62,431 nucleotides of DNA from positions 1 through 62,431 of the forward strand of contig JAXDIH010000205.1 in NCBI GenBank assembly GCA_034664105.1, in the 5' to 3' direction. The DNA comes from Thermoleophilaceae bacterium (lineage in GTDB: Bacteria > Actinomycetota > Thermoleophilia > Solirubrobacterales > Thermoleophilaceae). A program made the position numbers and the translations under genes. The notes beneath the pieces were generated by a model, which was given only the letters and a program-made list of their open reading frames with translations, was not told the DNA's origin and searched no databases. Positions 26,794 to 36,200 of the stretch are shown here, one piece after another; position 1 is the stretch's first letter; every line of letters starts with the position of its first letter.

Positions 26794-28365
26794 TCACGAC
26801 TCCACCGCCTCGGCCAGCGCCCGCGCCACGCGCTCGTTCTCCGGCGCGCTGCGCGCCGTCACGCGCAGGTGGCCCGGCCCGAGCCCGGGGAAGGACGCCG
26901 CCGGGCGCACCGCGATGCCGTGTTCGCGCAGCGCCGCCACCACGCCCGGGCCATCCGCAACCTCGATCAGGCAGAAGTTGGCCGCGCCCGGCCACATGCG
27001 CACGCCGGCCAGCCGGTCCAGGCGCTCGGCCAGGTCGGCGCGCTCGCCGTCCGCTCGCTCGGCGGCGGCGGCCAGCTCGTGCGGGCGCTCCGCGATCGCG
27101 GTCAGCGCCGCCAGCGCCAGGGCATTGGCCGACCACGGCGGTCGCACCGTGCGCAGGCGCTCCGCGAGCGCGGGGGCAGCCACCGCATAGCCAGCTCGCA
27201 CCCCCGGCAGCGCCATCGACTTGGTCAGGCTGCGCACCACGATCACGTCGTCGAGCCGCTCGCGCACGAGCGAGCCCGGCTCGCCGGGCACGAGATCCAT
27301 GAACGCCTCGTCCACGGCCACGACGCGACCGGGCCGGCGCAGGGCCAGCAGCGCGGCCGCCGGGTCCAGCGTCCCGCTCGGGGAGGCCGGGTTCCCGACC
27401 ACGACCAGGTCGGCCGCGTCGGGCACGGCGGCCGGGTCCAGCGCGAAGTCGCGCTCGGGATCGCGCAGCACGCGCGTGACCGGCACGCCGTGGGCGCGCA
27501 GCGCCGCCTCCGCCTCCGTGAAGGCTGGGTGCACGCAGGCAGCCAGCGTCGGGCGCAGCGCCGCGGGCAGCAGCCAGAGCGCCTCGGCGGCCCCGTTGGT
27601 CGGGACGACCTCCTCGGGAGCGCGTCCGTGCAGGGCCGCCAGCGCCGCGGCCGCGTGCCGCTCGTCCGGGTAGCTGTGGCCGTTGGCGTCCAGGGTCTCG
27701 TGGAGGATCGCCCGCAGCCAGTCGGGTGGCCCTCCGCTGAGCACGTTCACGGCGTGGTCGGCCAGCCCGGGGGACAGCTCGGCGTCGCCGTGGCCGCGCA
27801 GCCCCTCGGCTGGGCCCGGGGCGCCTCCGAGCGCCAGCGGGCGCCCTGCCACCACCAGCTCCACCCGCTCGGCCACCTCGGCGAGGCGGCGCTTGGCGTC
27901 GCCCACGAGGTCGAGCCAGGCGCGCGACGCGGCGTCCGGCGGCAGCACCCCCTGACCGGCCTCCTCGGCGACCACGATCAGCGGGTCCGGACCGGCCGCC
28001 GCGCGGGCCAGCAGCTCGATCTCGGCCATGACGCGCTCGCGCACCGCCTCCAGCGTGGCGGCGTCGGGATTGTCGAAGGCCCCCGCGCCGTGCAGGGCGG
28101 TCGCCACCCACGGACCGAGGCCGTCGAGCAGGACGCAGGCGCCGCCGGTGTCGGCCAGCGCGTCGCCCAGCTGAGCGCCGGCCTCGACCGTCGTCCAGCT
28201 GGCCGGCCGGCGCTCGGCGTGACGGCGGATGCGCTCGGCCATCGCCGGATCGGACCCGTCGGCGGTGGCCACGTAGCGCACCGGAAGCCCGGTGGCCAGC
28301 GCCAGCGTCTCGGCGCGCCCGCTCTTGCCCGAGCGCGTCCCGCCGATCACCAGCGTGAGGCTCAT
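26794..28365 (-). CDS. cobU-cobD: Fusion of adenosylcobinamide kinase / cobinamide-phosphate guanylyltransferase with L-threonine-O-3-phosphate decarboxylase
   Basis: The N-terminal part has the P-loop VIGGTRSGKS. From about aa 190 onward it is a class I/II aminotransferase fold (HGDAEL...NPASPSG...SLTKSMALPGVRAGY). The ATG at 28365 overlaps the cobB stop. Confidence 0.85.
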   Translation of the reverse strand: MSLTLVIGGTRSGKSGRAETLALATGLPVRYVATADGSDPAMAERIRRHAERRPASWTTVEAGAQLGDALADTGGACVLLDGLGPWVATALHGAGAFDNPDAATLEAVRERVMAEIELLARAAAGPDPLIVVAEEAGQGVLPPDAASRAWLDLVGDAKRRLAEVAERVELVVAGRPLALGGAPGPAEGLRGHGDAELSPGLADHAVNVLSGGPPDWLRAILHETLDANGHSYPDERHAAAALAALHGRAPEEVVPTNGAAEALWLLPAALRPTLAACVHPAFTEAEAALRAHGVPVTRVLRDPERDFALDPAAVPDAADLVVVGNPASPSGTLDPAAALLALRRPGRVVAVDEAFMDLVPGEPGSLVRERLDDVIVVRSLTKSMALPGVRAGYAVAAPALAERLRTVRPPWSANALALAALTAIAERPHELAAAAERADGERADLAERLDRLAGVRMWPGAANFCLIEVADGPGVVAALREHGIAVRPAASFPGLGPGHLRVTARSAPENERVARALAEAVES

Positions 28366-29723
28366 GCCGGTGCGAGCTGGGCGGTCAGCGCCGCGTGCGC
28401 GAAGCGAAGGGGGAGCTTGCGGTGCGCGGCCCAGTGCACGTGCAGGTAGCTGGCCTGGAGCGCACCGGCCGCGTGGCCCTCGACTCGCTCGCCGCTGCGC
28501 GCTGCCAGGCGCCAGGCGGGGCGCGGTTCGCCGTCGACCTCGACCTGCGTGTAGTGGAACTCGTGGCCCCGTACCCGCTCGCCCGCGTCGATCCAGGGCG
28601 TGCTCGTCTCGGCGGTGGCCTCGCGGTAGCCGAGCGTCAGCCGGGGCGTCATCGACGCGCGGGCCGGAATCGCCCCGCACATCTGGTGGCCGTCGAGCTC
28701 GGCGGCGAGATAGAGCAGCCCGCCGCACTCGGCGAGGACGGGGCGGCCGCTGGCGGCGAAGCGCGCCACCTCGGCGCGCAGCGCCGCGTTGGCCTCCAGC
28801 TCCGCGCCGAAGACCTCGGGGAAGCCGCCGGACAGCACCAGCGCGCCGACCTGCGGCGGCAGCGCCTCGTCGGCGAGCGGGTCGAAGGGCACCAGCTCGG
28901 CGCCGGCGCCGGCGAGCAGCTCCAGGTTCTCCTCGTAGTGGAATGAGAAGGCCGGCCCGCGCGCGATGGCGATCCGGGCGCCGGGCGCCGGCTCGCCGTC
29001 CGGCTCGGGGCTCCACGTCTCGCCCGGCAGGGCCGGCGCGGAGCGCGCCAGGCGCAGCACGGCGTCGAGGTCGACGTTGCGCTCAACCGACTCGGCGAGC
29101 GTGGCCAGCGCCACCGACGTGCGCTGCTCGCGCTCCGCCACCGGCACGAGGCCCAGGTGGCGCTCGGGGGCGGTCACCCGCTCGTCGCGGCGCAGCGCCC
29201 CGACGACCGGGATGCCCAGCGGCTCGACGGCCTCGCGCAGCAGCAGCTCGTGGGTGTCCGACCCAACGCGGTTGAAGATCACCCCGGCGACCTGGATGTC
29301 GGGGTCGAAGGTGCGGTAGCCGTGCACGATCGCCGCGGCGGAGCGCGCCATCGACGCGGCGTCCACCACCAGCAGCACCGGAGACCGGAGCAGCTTCGCG
29401 ACGTGCCCGGTCGACGCCAGCTCCCCGCGGCCGGAGGCGCCGTCGAAGAGGCCCATCACGCCCTCTATCACCGCCACGTCCGCGCCCCGCGTGCCGTGGC
29501 GCACGAGCGGCGCCATCAGCTCCGGCCCGCTCAGGAAGGCGTCGAGGTTGCGCCCCGGTCGGCCCGAGGCGAGCGCGTGGTAGCTCGGGTCGATGTAGTC
29601 GGGCCCGACCTTGAACCCCTGCACGCGCAGCCCGCGGGCGCGCAGCGCGCCGATCAGCCCGCAGGCGATCGTGGTCTTGCCCGCGCCCGAGCTGGTGCCG
29701 GCCACCACGATGCGCGGGATCAT
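28362..29723 (-). CDS. cobB: Cobyrinic acid a,c-diamide synthase
   Basis: Starts MIPRIVVAGTSSGAGKTT and contains GPDYIDPSYH. The C-terminal half is a glutamine amidotransferase domain (ECGGLLYL). Confidence 0.9.
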   Translation of the reverse strand: MIPRIVVAGTSSGAGKTTIACGLIGALRARGLRVQGFKVGPDYIDPSYHALASGRPGRNLDAFLSGPELMAPLVRHGTRGADVAVIEGVMGLFDGASGRGELASTGHVAKLLRSPVLLVVDAASMARSAAAIVHGYRTFDPDIQVAGVIFNRVGSDTHELLLREAVEPLGIPVVGALRRDERVTAPERHLGLVPVAEREQRTSVALATLAESVERNVDLDAVLRLARSAPALPGETWSPEPDGEPAPGARIAIARGPAFSFHYEENLELLAGAGAELVPFDPLADEALPPQVGALVLSGGFPEVFGAELEANAALRAEVARFAASGRPVLAECGGLLYLAAELDGHQMCGAIPARASMTPRLTLGYREATAETSTPWIDAGERVRGHEFHYTQVEVDGEPRPAWRLAARSGERVEGHAAGALQASYLHVHWAAHRKLPLRFAHAALTAQLAPA

Positions 29724-30673
29724 CCGACCAGCACCTCCGTGGCGTCGTGCACCGGCAGCGAGGCCACCGCCCGCTCGCTCAGCCGGGCATCCGGCTCGTC
29801 GCGGCGCGCGCCGGGGCTCCAGCACACGCTCGGCACCGGGGACGCGTCGTGCTCGCCGGTGCTTGGGTCGCAGCCATGGTCGGGGCACACGCGCAGCGTC
29901 CCGGCGTACACCTGGACGAGACGGGCCAGCTGCGGCACCAGCTCACGGTCGGCGCGCTCGATGACCGCCACCTTGGCCGCGGGGTCCCGCTCGTGGGCGG
30001 CCTCGTCGGCCCCACCCACGTGCACCACCACGCGCGTGGCGCCCGCGCCGGCCGCCTGCTCGGCGGCCTCGGCCTTCGCGGCGAGGTCGGTGTCGGGCAG
30101 TCCCGTGGCGCCGGGCGGCACCACCACCTGTGCGCCGAGCAGCCGCCCCAGGCCGGCGGCGGCGCCCGCCGCGGCGACGACCGTCGTGTACTCGTCGAGC
30201 ACTCGCGGCGGGATCGCGCCCGCCGGCCAGGCGCGCAGCGCGTGGGGCAGGTCCGGCAGCGGCGGCGGGCCGCAGACGAGCAGCCGGTGACCGCCGAGTC
30301 GCAGCACCCGGTGGCGAGGCAGCTCGCGACGGAGCCGCCGCGCAGCCTCGGAGGCTCGAGCCTCGTCGGGGCGGCGTCCATCCGGCCCGAGCACGTCCAC
30401 GCGCCACGCGCGCTCGCCGCGCCCCGGTGCGACACCGTGGGCGGCCGCCTCGACGGCCCCGCGATCGAGCGGCGCGACGGGGGTCCAGCCCAGCAGCGCG
30501 GGGATCGCGCTCTCCGAGCCGGCCGGGAGGCCGGGCGCGATCGTCCGCACCCGGGACAGCTCGCCTTCGCGGGCGAGCCGGTCGAGCTCGGGCGTCCGCG
30601 CGCGCTCGAGGCTCGTCGGGCCGGCCCCGACCGGCTCGCTCGCGCCGTCGAGGATCAGGAGGACGTCTACCAC
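29720..30673 (-). CDS. ApgM-like (cofactor-independent phosphoglycerate-mutase / alkaline-phosphatase superfamily) protein of unknown role
   Basis: Contains LLILDGASEP, PGLPAGSESA, VHVGGADEAAHERD and CPDHG...EHDASPVP. These match the metal and phospho-Ser motifs of archaeal-type iPGM (ApgM). The GTG at 30673 overlaps the cobO stop by 7 nt. Confidence 0.7.
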   Translation of the reverse strand: MVDVLLILDGASEPVGAGPTSLERARTPELDRLAREGELSRVRTIAPGLPAGSESAIPALLGWTPVAPLDRGAVEAAAHGVAPGRGERAWRVDVLGPDGRRPDEARASEAARRLRRELPRHRVLRLGGHRLLVCGPPPLPDLPHALRAWPAGAIPPRVLDEYTTVVAAAGAAAGLGRLLGAQVVVPPGATGLPDTDLAAKAEAAEQAAGAGATRVVVHVGGADEAAHERDPAAKVAVIERADRELVPQLARLVQVYAGTLRVCPDHGCDPSTGEHDASPVPSVCWSPGARRDEPDARLSERAVASLPVHDATEVLVG

Positions 30674-31299
30674 TCGATCCCCTGCTGGGCGCGAATGCCG
30701 GCGTCGAAGGGATGCTTGACCTTCACCACCTCCGACACGAGGTCGGCGGCCTCCACCAGCTCCGGAGCCGCGTCGCGGCCGGTGATCACGACATGCTGGA
30801 AGCCGGGCCGGTTGCGCAGCGTCTCGACCACGTCGTCGGCGTCGATCCAGCCCCATTTGACCGGGTAGGTCATCTCGTCGAGCAGTAGGAACTCGTAGCG
30901 CTCCTCGGCGATCGCGCGCTTCACCTCGGCCCAGCCCTCGCGCGCCAGGTCGGCGGTCTCCTCCAGGTCACGCGACAGCCAGGTCCAGCCGTCGCCCATC
31001 TTCTCCCAATCGATCCCGCCGAGGGCGCGCGCGGCCTTCTCCTCGCCGACCTTCCACTTGCCGGACTTGACGAACTGGAACACGCCGCAGCGGTAGTCGC
31101 GCGCCCACGAGCGCATCAGCATCCCGAACGCCGAGCTGCTCTTGCCCTTCCCGTGGCCGGTGATCACGATCACCAGCGGGTTGTCGCGGCGCTTGCGCCG
31201 CTTCGGCTCGGCGCTGCCCTGGTCGTCGGGCCGGTGCGGCACGTCGACGTCGGGACCCGAGTGGCGAGCGCGGGTTGCCGCGCGGCTCGGCTCGTTCAT
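30667..31299 (-). CDS. cobO: Cob(I)yrinic acid a,c-diamide adenosyltransferase
   Basis: Contains VITGHGKGKSSSAFG, LLDEMTY and HPFDAGIRAQQGIEW. Confidence 0.9.
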   Translation of the reverse strand: MNEPSRAATRARHSGPDVDVPHRPDDQGSAEPKRRKRRDNPLVIVITGHGKGKSSSAFGMLMRSWARDYRCGVFQFVKSGKWKVGEEKAARALGGIDWEKMGDGWTWLSRDLEETADLAREGWAEVKRAIAEERYEFLLLDEMTYPVKWGWIDADDVVETLRNRPGFQHVVITGRDAAPELVEAADLVSEVVKVKHPFDAGIRAQQGIEW

Positions 31300-33296
31300 G
31301 CTGCCCTCCTGGTGGTTGCTGGGGGAGGCGCGAGGGCATGGACACGCGCGCCGGCGGCTTCCGCCAGGGAGCCCGCGAGACCCACGCGCACGGGCCCCTC
31401 CTCGGTGTCGACCACGTGCACCGCCGCGGCGGCGCGACCGAGCGCGGCCGCGGCGCGGCGGATCGTGCCGGCCGGGTCGGCCACGCGACCGTCGGTGAGC
31501 ACCACGGCGATGGCGCGGCGGCGCGGATCGCGGATCGCCTCGCGCCGGATCACCCGCTCGGCGGCGTCCAGGCCGGAGGCGAGCGGCGTGCGCCCGCCGG
31601 TCGGCAGGTCGCGCACGGCGGCGGCGGCGCGCTCGAGCGGGGCGCCGGGCACGACGACCAGGTGCGCGCCGTCGTCGCGAAAGGCGATGATCGCGACGCG
31701 GTCGCGGCGGGCATAGGCGTCGCGCAGCAGGCCCAGCAGGGCGCCCTTCACGCGTGCGAGCCGCCGCCGCGCGCCCATCGAGCCGCTGGCGTCGACAACG
31801 AGGCAGAGCAGCGCGCCCTCGCGGCCGGCGCGGACGTGCTCGCGCAGGTGCTCGTGGCCGGCCCCGAGCAGCCGGGCGCGCAGGCTGGCGACGATCGCGA
31901 GGTCGTCGCTCTCGGGCAGGGCCGGGCGGCTGTCGATGGCACCCGCGCCGGGGGAGCTGGCCCGGGCGCGGCGGCCGACGGGACCGGCACCGCGGCCGGA
32001 GAGGGCCAGGGCGTCGAGCGGGAGCCGCGCGGGGGCGGGCGGGTCGCTGCGCGCGCGAGCGGGGGCGGAGGGATCGGAGCGGCCGGGCTCGGCTTGGACG
32101 GCCGGCTCCGTGGTGCGCTCCTCGGCACCCGGCTGCTCTGCCGGCTCCGTGGCGCGCTCGCCCGCGCCGGCCCGCGCCCCCGCGCCCGAGGCCGCCCGGC
32201 CGCCGCGCTCGGGCGGCGCGCCGTTGCCGCCGGGCGGCTCGTCACGGGGCGGCTCGTCACGGGGCGGCTCGTCGTCGGGCGGCTCGCCGTCCACCGGCGG
32301 CTCCCCGTCGAGCGCGCTGCGCAGCTGCTCGTCGTCGGGGTCGCTGCCGTCGAGTGGGTCGCGGCGCCGCCGGTGGGCCAGCGCCAGCGCCGCCGCGCGC
32401 CTCACGTGCTCCTCGTCGACCTCGTCGACGCCCTCCAGCGCCGCCAGCGCTTGCGCGGCACGCGCGGAGACGATGTCGCCCCGGACGCCGTCCACCCCGA
32501 GCCGCGCGCAGGCACCGGTGATCCGCATCAGCTCGCGCTCCGGCAGCCGCACGCCGTCGAGGCGCTCCCGCGCCGCGGCGATCCGCTCCGCCAGGGCACG
32601 GTCCTGCTCCGCCCACTGGGCGGCGAACGCGTCGGGGTCGCGCTCGAAGGCCATCCGGCGCCGTACGATCTCGGCTCGCTCCGCGGGATCCTGCGGCGTC
32701 CGCACCTCCACGCCCAGCCCGAAGCGGTCCAGCAGCTGCGGGCGCAGCTCGCCCTCCTCGACGTTCATCGTCCCGACCAGCAGGAAGCGCGCGGCGTGGG
32801 AGGCCGACACCGCCTCGCGCTCCACCAGGGCCACGCCCGACGCGGCGGCGTCGAGCAGCGCGTCCACCAGGTGGTCCGGCAGCAGGTTCACCTCGTCGAC
32901 GTAGAGGATCCCGCGGTGGGCCCGGGCCAGCAGCCCGGCCTCGAACGCCTGCTCGCCGGCCAGCGCGCGGCCGAGGTCGAGCGCGCCGACCAGCCGGTCC
33001 AGGGTGGCCCCCAGCGGCAGCTCCACCAGCGGGGCGGGGCGCAGCGCGGTGGCGGCGTCGTCCGGCACGCGACCGTCCAGCGCCAGCTCGCCGGGCCCGA
33101 ACGCGAACGCCTGTCCCTCCGCGGCCGCCACGGGCGGCAGCAGCGGCGCGAGCCCGCGCACCGCCGTCGACTTGGCCGTCCCGCGCTCGCCGCGCACGAG
33201 CACGCCGCCGACGTCGGGCGCCACCGCGTTGATCAGCAGCGCCTCGACCAGCGCCTCCTGGCCGACGATCGCGGAGAGCGGGTAGCGGGCGCTCAC
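31296..33296 (-). CDS. ChlI/ChlD-type AAA+ plus vWA chelatase subunit (CobN partner)
   Basis: The AAA+ part shows GERGTAKST. A Pro/acidic linker follows (EPPDDEPPRDEPPRDEPP). The C-terminal vWA domain carries the MIDAS motif VVDASGSM. The GTG start overlaps the cobN stop. Confidence 0.85.
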   Translation of the reverse strand: MSARYPLSAIVGQEALVEALLINAVAPDVGGVLVRGERGTAKSTAVRGLAPLLPPVAAAEGQAFAFGPGELALDGRVPDDAATALRPAPLVELPLGATLDRLVGALDLGRALAGEQAFEAGLLARAHRGILYVDEVNLLPDHLVDALLDAAASGVALVEREAVSASHAARFLLVGTMNVEEGELRPQLLDRFGLGVEVRTPQDPAERAEIVRRRMAFERDPDAFAAQWAEQDRALAERIAAARERLDGVRLPERELMRITGACARLGVDGVRGDIVSARAAQALAALEGVDEVDEEHVRRAAALALAHRRRRDPLDGSDPDDEQLRSALDGEPPVDGEPPDDEPPRDEPPRDEPPGGNGAPPERGGRAASGAGARAGAGERATEPAEQPGAEERTTEPAVQAEPGRSDPSAPARARSDPPAPARLPLDALALSGRGAGPVGRRARASSPGAGAIDSRPALPESDDLAIVASLRARLLGAGHEHLREHVRAGREGALLCLVVDASGSMGARRRLARVKGALLGLLRDAYARRDRVAIIAFRDDGAHLVVVPGAPLERAAAAVRDLPTGGRTPLASGLDAAERVIRREAIRDPRRRAIAVVLTDGRVADPAGTIRRAAAALGRAAAAVHVVDTEEGPVRVGLAGSLAEAAGARVHALAPPPATTRRAA

Positions 33297-36200
33297 GTAC
33301 GCGCCTCCTCCAGCTCGCCCTCGAGTGCCAGGAAGCGGTCCCTGATGCCGGCGAGCGTGCCCTCGTCGGGCTCCGACCACAGCCCGCGCTCGGCCGCCTC
33401 GAGCAGCCGCTCGGCGATCGCCCGGCCCGCCCAGGGGTTGGAGCGGCCCATGAAGTCGGCCACGTCGGCGTCGAGCAGGTAGCGCTCGGCGACCTGCTCG
33501 TACATCCAATCCTCGGCCACGCCGGTCGTGGCGTCGTACCCGAACAGGTAGTCGACGGTTGCGGACAGCTCGGCGGCGCCCTTGTACCCGTGGCGGATCA
33601 TCGACGCGATCCAGCGCGGGTTGGCCACCCGGGCGCGGAACACCCGGCGCGTCTCCTCCGCCAGCGTCCGCGCAACCACGCGCGAGGGGTCGGAGCTGTC
33701 GCCCAGGTAGGCGGCCGGGTCACGCCCGGTCAGCGCCCTGACGGTCGCCACCATGCCGCCGTGGAATTGGTAGTAGTCGTCCGAGTCCAGGATGTCGTGC
33801 TCGCGCGAGTCGACGTTCTTCACGGCGACCTCGATGCGGCCGTAGCAGTCGCGCATGGCCACGCGGGCGGGCGCGCCGTCCAGGCCGCGTCCGTAGGCGT
33901 ACCCGCCCCAGGCCTCGTACACCTCGGCGATGTCGCCGTCGTCGCGCCAGTCGCGCGCGTCGAGCAGCTGCAGCAGTCCGGCGCCGTAGGTGCCCGGCTT
34001 CGACCCGAACACCCGGGTGGTGGCGTGCCGCCAGGCGCCCTCGCCCAGCTCGGCCGCCAGCCGCTCGGCGTCGGCCCGCGCGTGCGCCGCCAGGTAGTTG
34101 TCCTCGGGCGACTCGTCCAGGCCCGCCACGGTGGTCACCGCGTCGTCGAGCAGCCGCACGAGGTGCGGGAACGCGTCGCGGAAGAAGCCCGAGATGCGCA
34201 CGGTCACGTCGATGCGCGGGCGTCCCAGCTCGGCCAGCGGGATCACCTCGATCCCGGTCACCCGGCCCGATTCGGGATGCCAGGTCGGGCGCACGCCGAG
34301 CAGCGCCAGGATCTCCGCCACGTCGTCGCCCTGCGTGCGCATCGCCGACGTGCCCCAGGCCACCATCCCGACCATCCGGGGCAGCTCGCCGGCCTCGCGC
34401 CGGTGGCGGTCCAGCAGCGCGTCGGCCAGCCGCACGCCGACCTCCCACGACAGCTCCGACGGCAGCGCGCGCGGGTCCACGGAGTAGAAGTTCCGGCCGG
34501 TCGGCAGCACGTCCACGCGGCCGCGCGTGGGGCTGCCGGAGGGTCCCGCCGGCACGTGCCGGCCGTTCAGCGCCGCCACGATGTTGTCCAGCTCGGCCGC
34601 CGTCCCGCGGATGCGCGGCACCACCTCGGAGGCGGCGAAGCGCAGCGCGCGCTCCACGCCCTCGTCGGCGTGTCCGAGCACCTCGGCGCACACGGTCCCG
34701 GCGCTCGCGGGGTCCCACTCGCGGGCGGCGAGCGCGTCGAGCAGCGCCATCTGGGCGGCTTCGAGGCGATCGACCACGTCGCCGGAGCTCGCCGCGGGGC
34801 CGCTGAAGCGCACGGTCAGCTCGTCGGGCACCGGGGGAGCCGGGACGCCGGGGGTGGCCACCAGCGCCGGCTCGTCGAGGCCGAACGCCGCGCCGACCGC
34901 GCGGCGCAGCCCGGGCACCGAGCCAGACCCCAGCCTCAGCACCGCCGAGACGAGCCCGCGCAGCTGGTCGCCCTCGGGCGCCTGCCCCAGCACGTGCAGT
35001 CCGTCCTTGACCTGGATGTCCTTGACCTCGCAGAGATAGCCGTCGATGTGCTCCACGAGCGCGCCCACGTCGTCGGGACGCTCCTCCACGCCGATGTCCG
35101 CCTGCAGGTTGGCGGCCTCGATCGCCGTCCAGATGCGGGCCGCGAGGGCGGGGAGCTTGGGCGGGTCGAGCACCTCCAGGCGCGCGTACTCGTCGAGCAG
35201 CGTCTCCAGCTCGGCCAGCTCGTCGTAGGTGTCGGCGCGCATCATCGGCGGCACCAGATGGTCGACGATCAGCGCGTGGGCGCGCCGCTTGGCCTGCACT
35301 CCCTCGCCCGGGTCGTTGACCACGAACGGGTAGATCAGGGGCACGTCGCCGAGCGCCGCGTCCGGGGCGCAGCTCGCCGACAGGGCAAGCATCTTGCCGG
35401 GCAGCCACTCCAACGTCCCGTGCTTGCCGAGGTGGACGATCGCGTCGGCCGCCCAGGTGCGGTGGATCCACCAGTAGCACGCGAGGTAGTGGTGGGTGGG
35501 GGGCAGCTTGGGGTCGTGGTAGATCCCGACCGGGTCCTCGCCGTAGCCGCGCGGCGGCTGGATCGCGATCAGCACGTTGCCCAGCTCCAGCCCCGCGATC
35601 ACGAAGTCGTCGCCGTGCACGTAGCGGTCGCCCGGCGGCGGACCCCAGCGTTCCTCGATCCCGGTGCGCAGCTCCTCCGGCAGCTCCGCGTACCAACGCA
35701 GGTAGTCCGCCACCGGCAGCCGCAGGGGGGAGAGGGCGAGCTGGTCGTCGGTAAGGAACTCCGGGTCGTGCCCGCCCGCGTCGATCAGCGCGTGCATCAG
35801 CTCGTCGCCGTGCTCGAAGGGGCGCTCGACCGCCATCCCGTCGCCGTGCAGCGCGTCCAGCAGGCGCAGCGCGCTGGCGGGAGTGTCGAGCCCGACGGCC
35901 ATGCCGACCTTGGCGTGCTTGGTGGGGAAGCTCGTGAGCAGCACCGCCACGCGCCGCTGCTCCGCGGGGAGGGCGCGCAGGCGCGCGCTGCGCACGGCCA
36001 GGCGCGCGACGCGCTCGCAGCGCTCGGGGTGGGGCACGTAGCGGGGCACCGCGACGCCGACGGGCGAGCCGTCCGCGTCGCGCTCCTTGAAGGAGATCAC
36101 GCCGCCCAGCAGCCGGCCGTCGAACTCGGGGATCGCCACCTGGGTGGCGGCGTCGAGCGGCGTCAGTCCCGAGTCGGACTCCTCCCAGGCCGCCCGCGAG

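Noticed and set aside
32225-32300. 15-bp tandem repeats (ggcggctcgtcacgg-like) inside the ChlI/ChlD gene.
   Set aside because: They encode the EPPRDEPPRDEPP Pro/acidic linker that is characteristic of ChlD-type subunits. This is ordinary linker low-complexity sequence, not a separate element.
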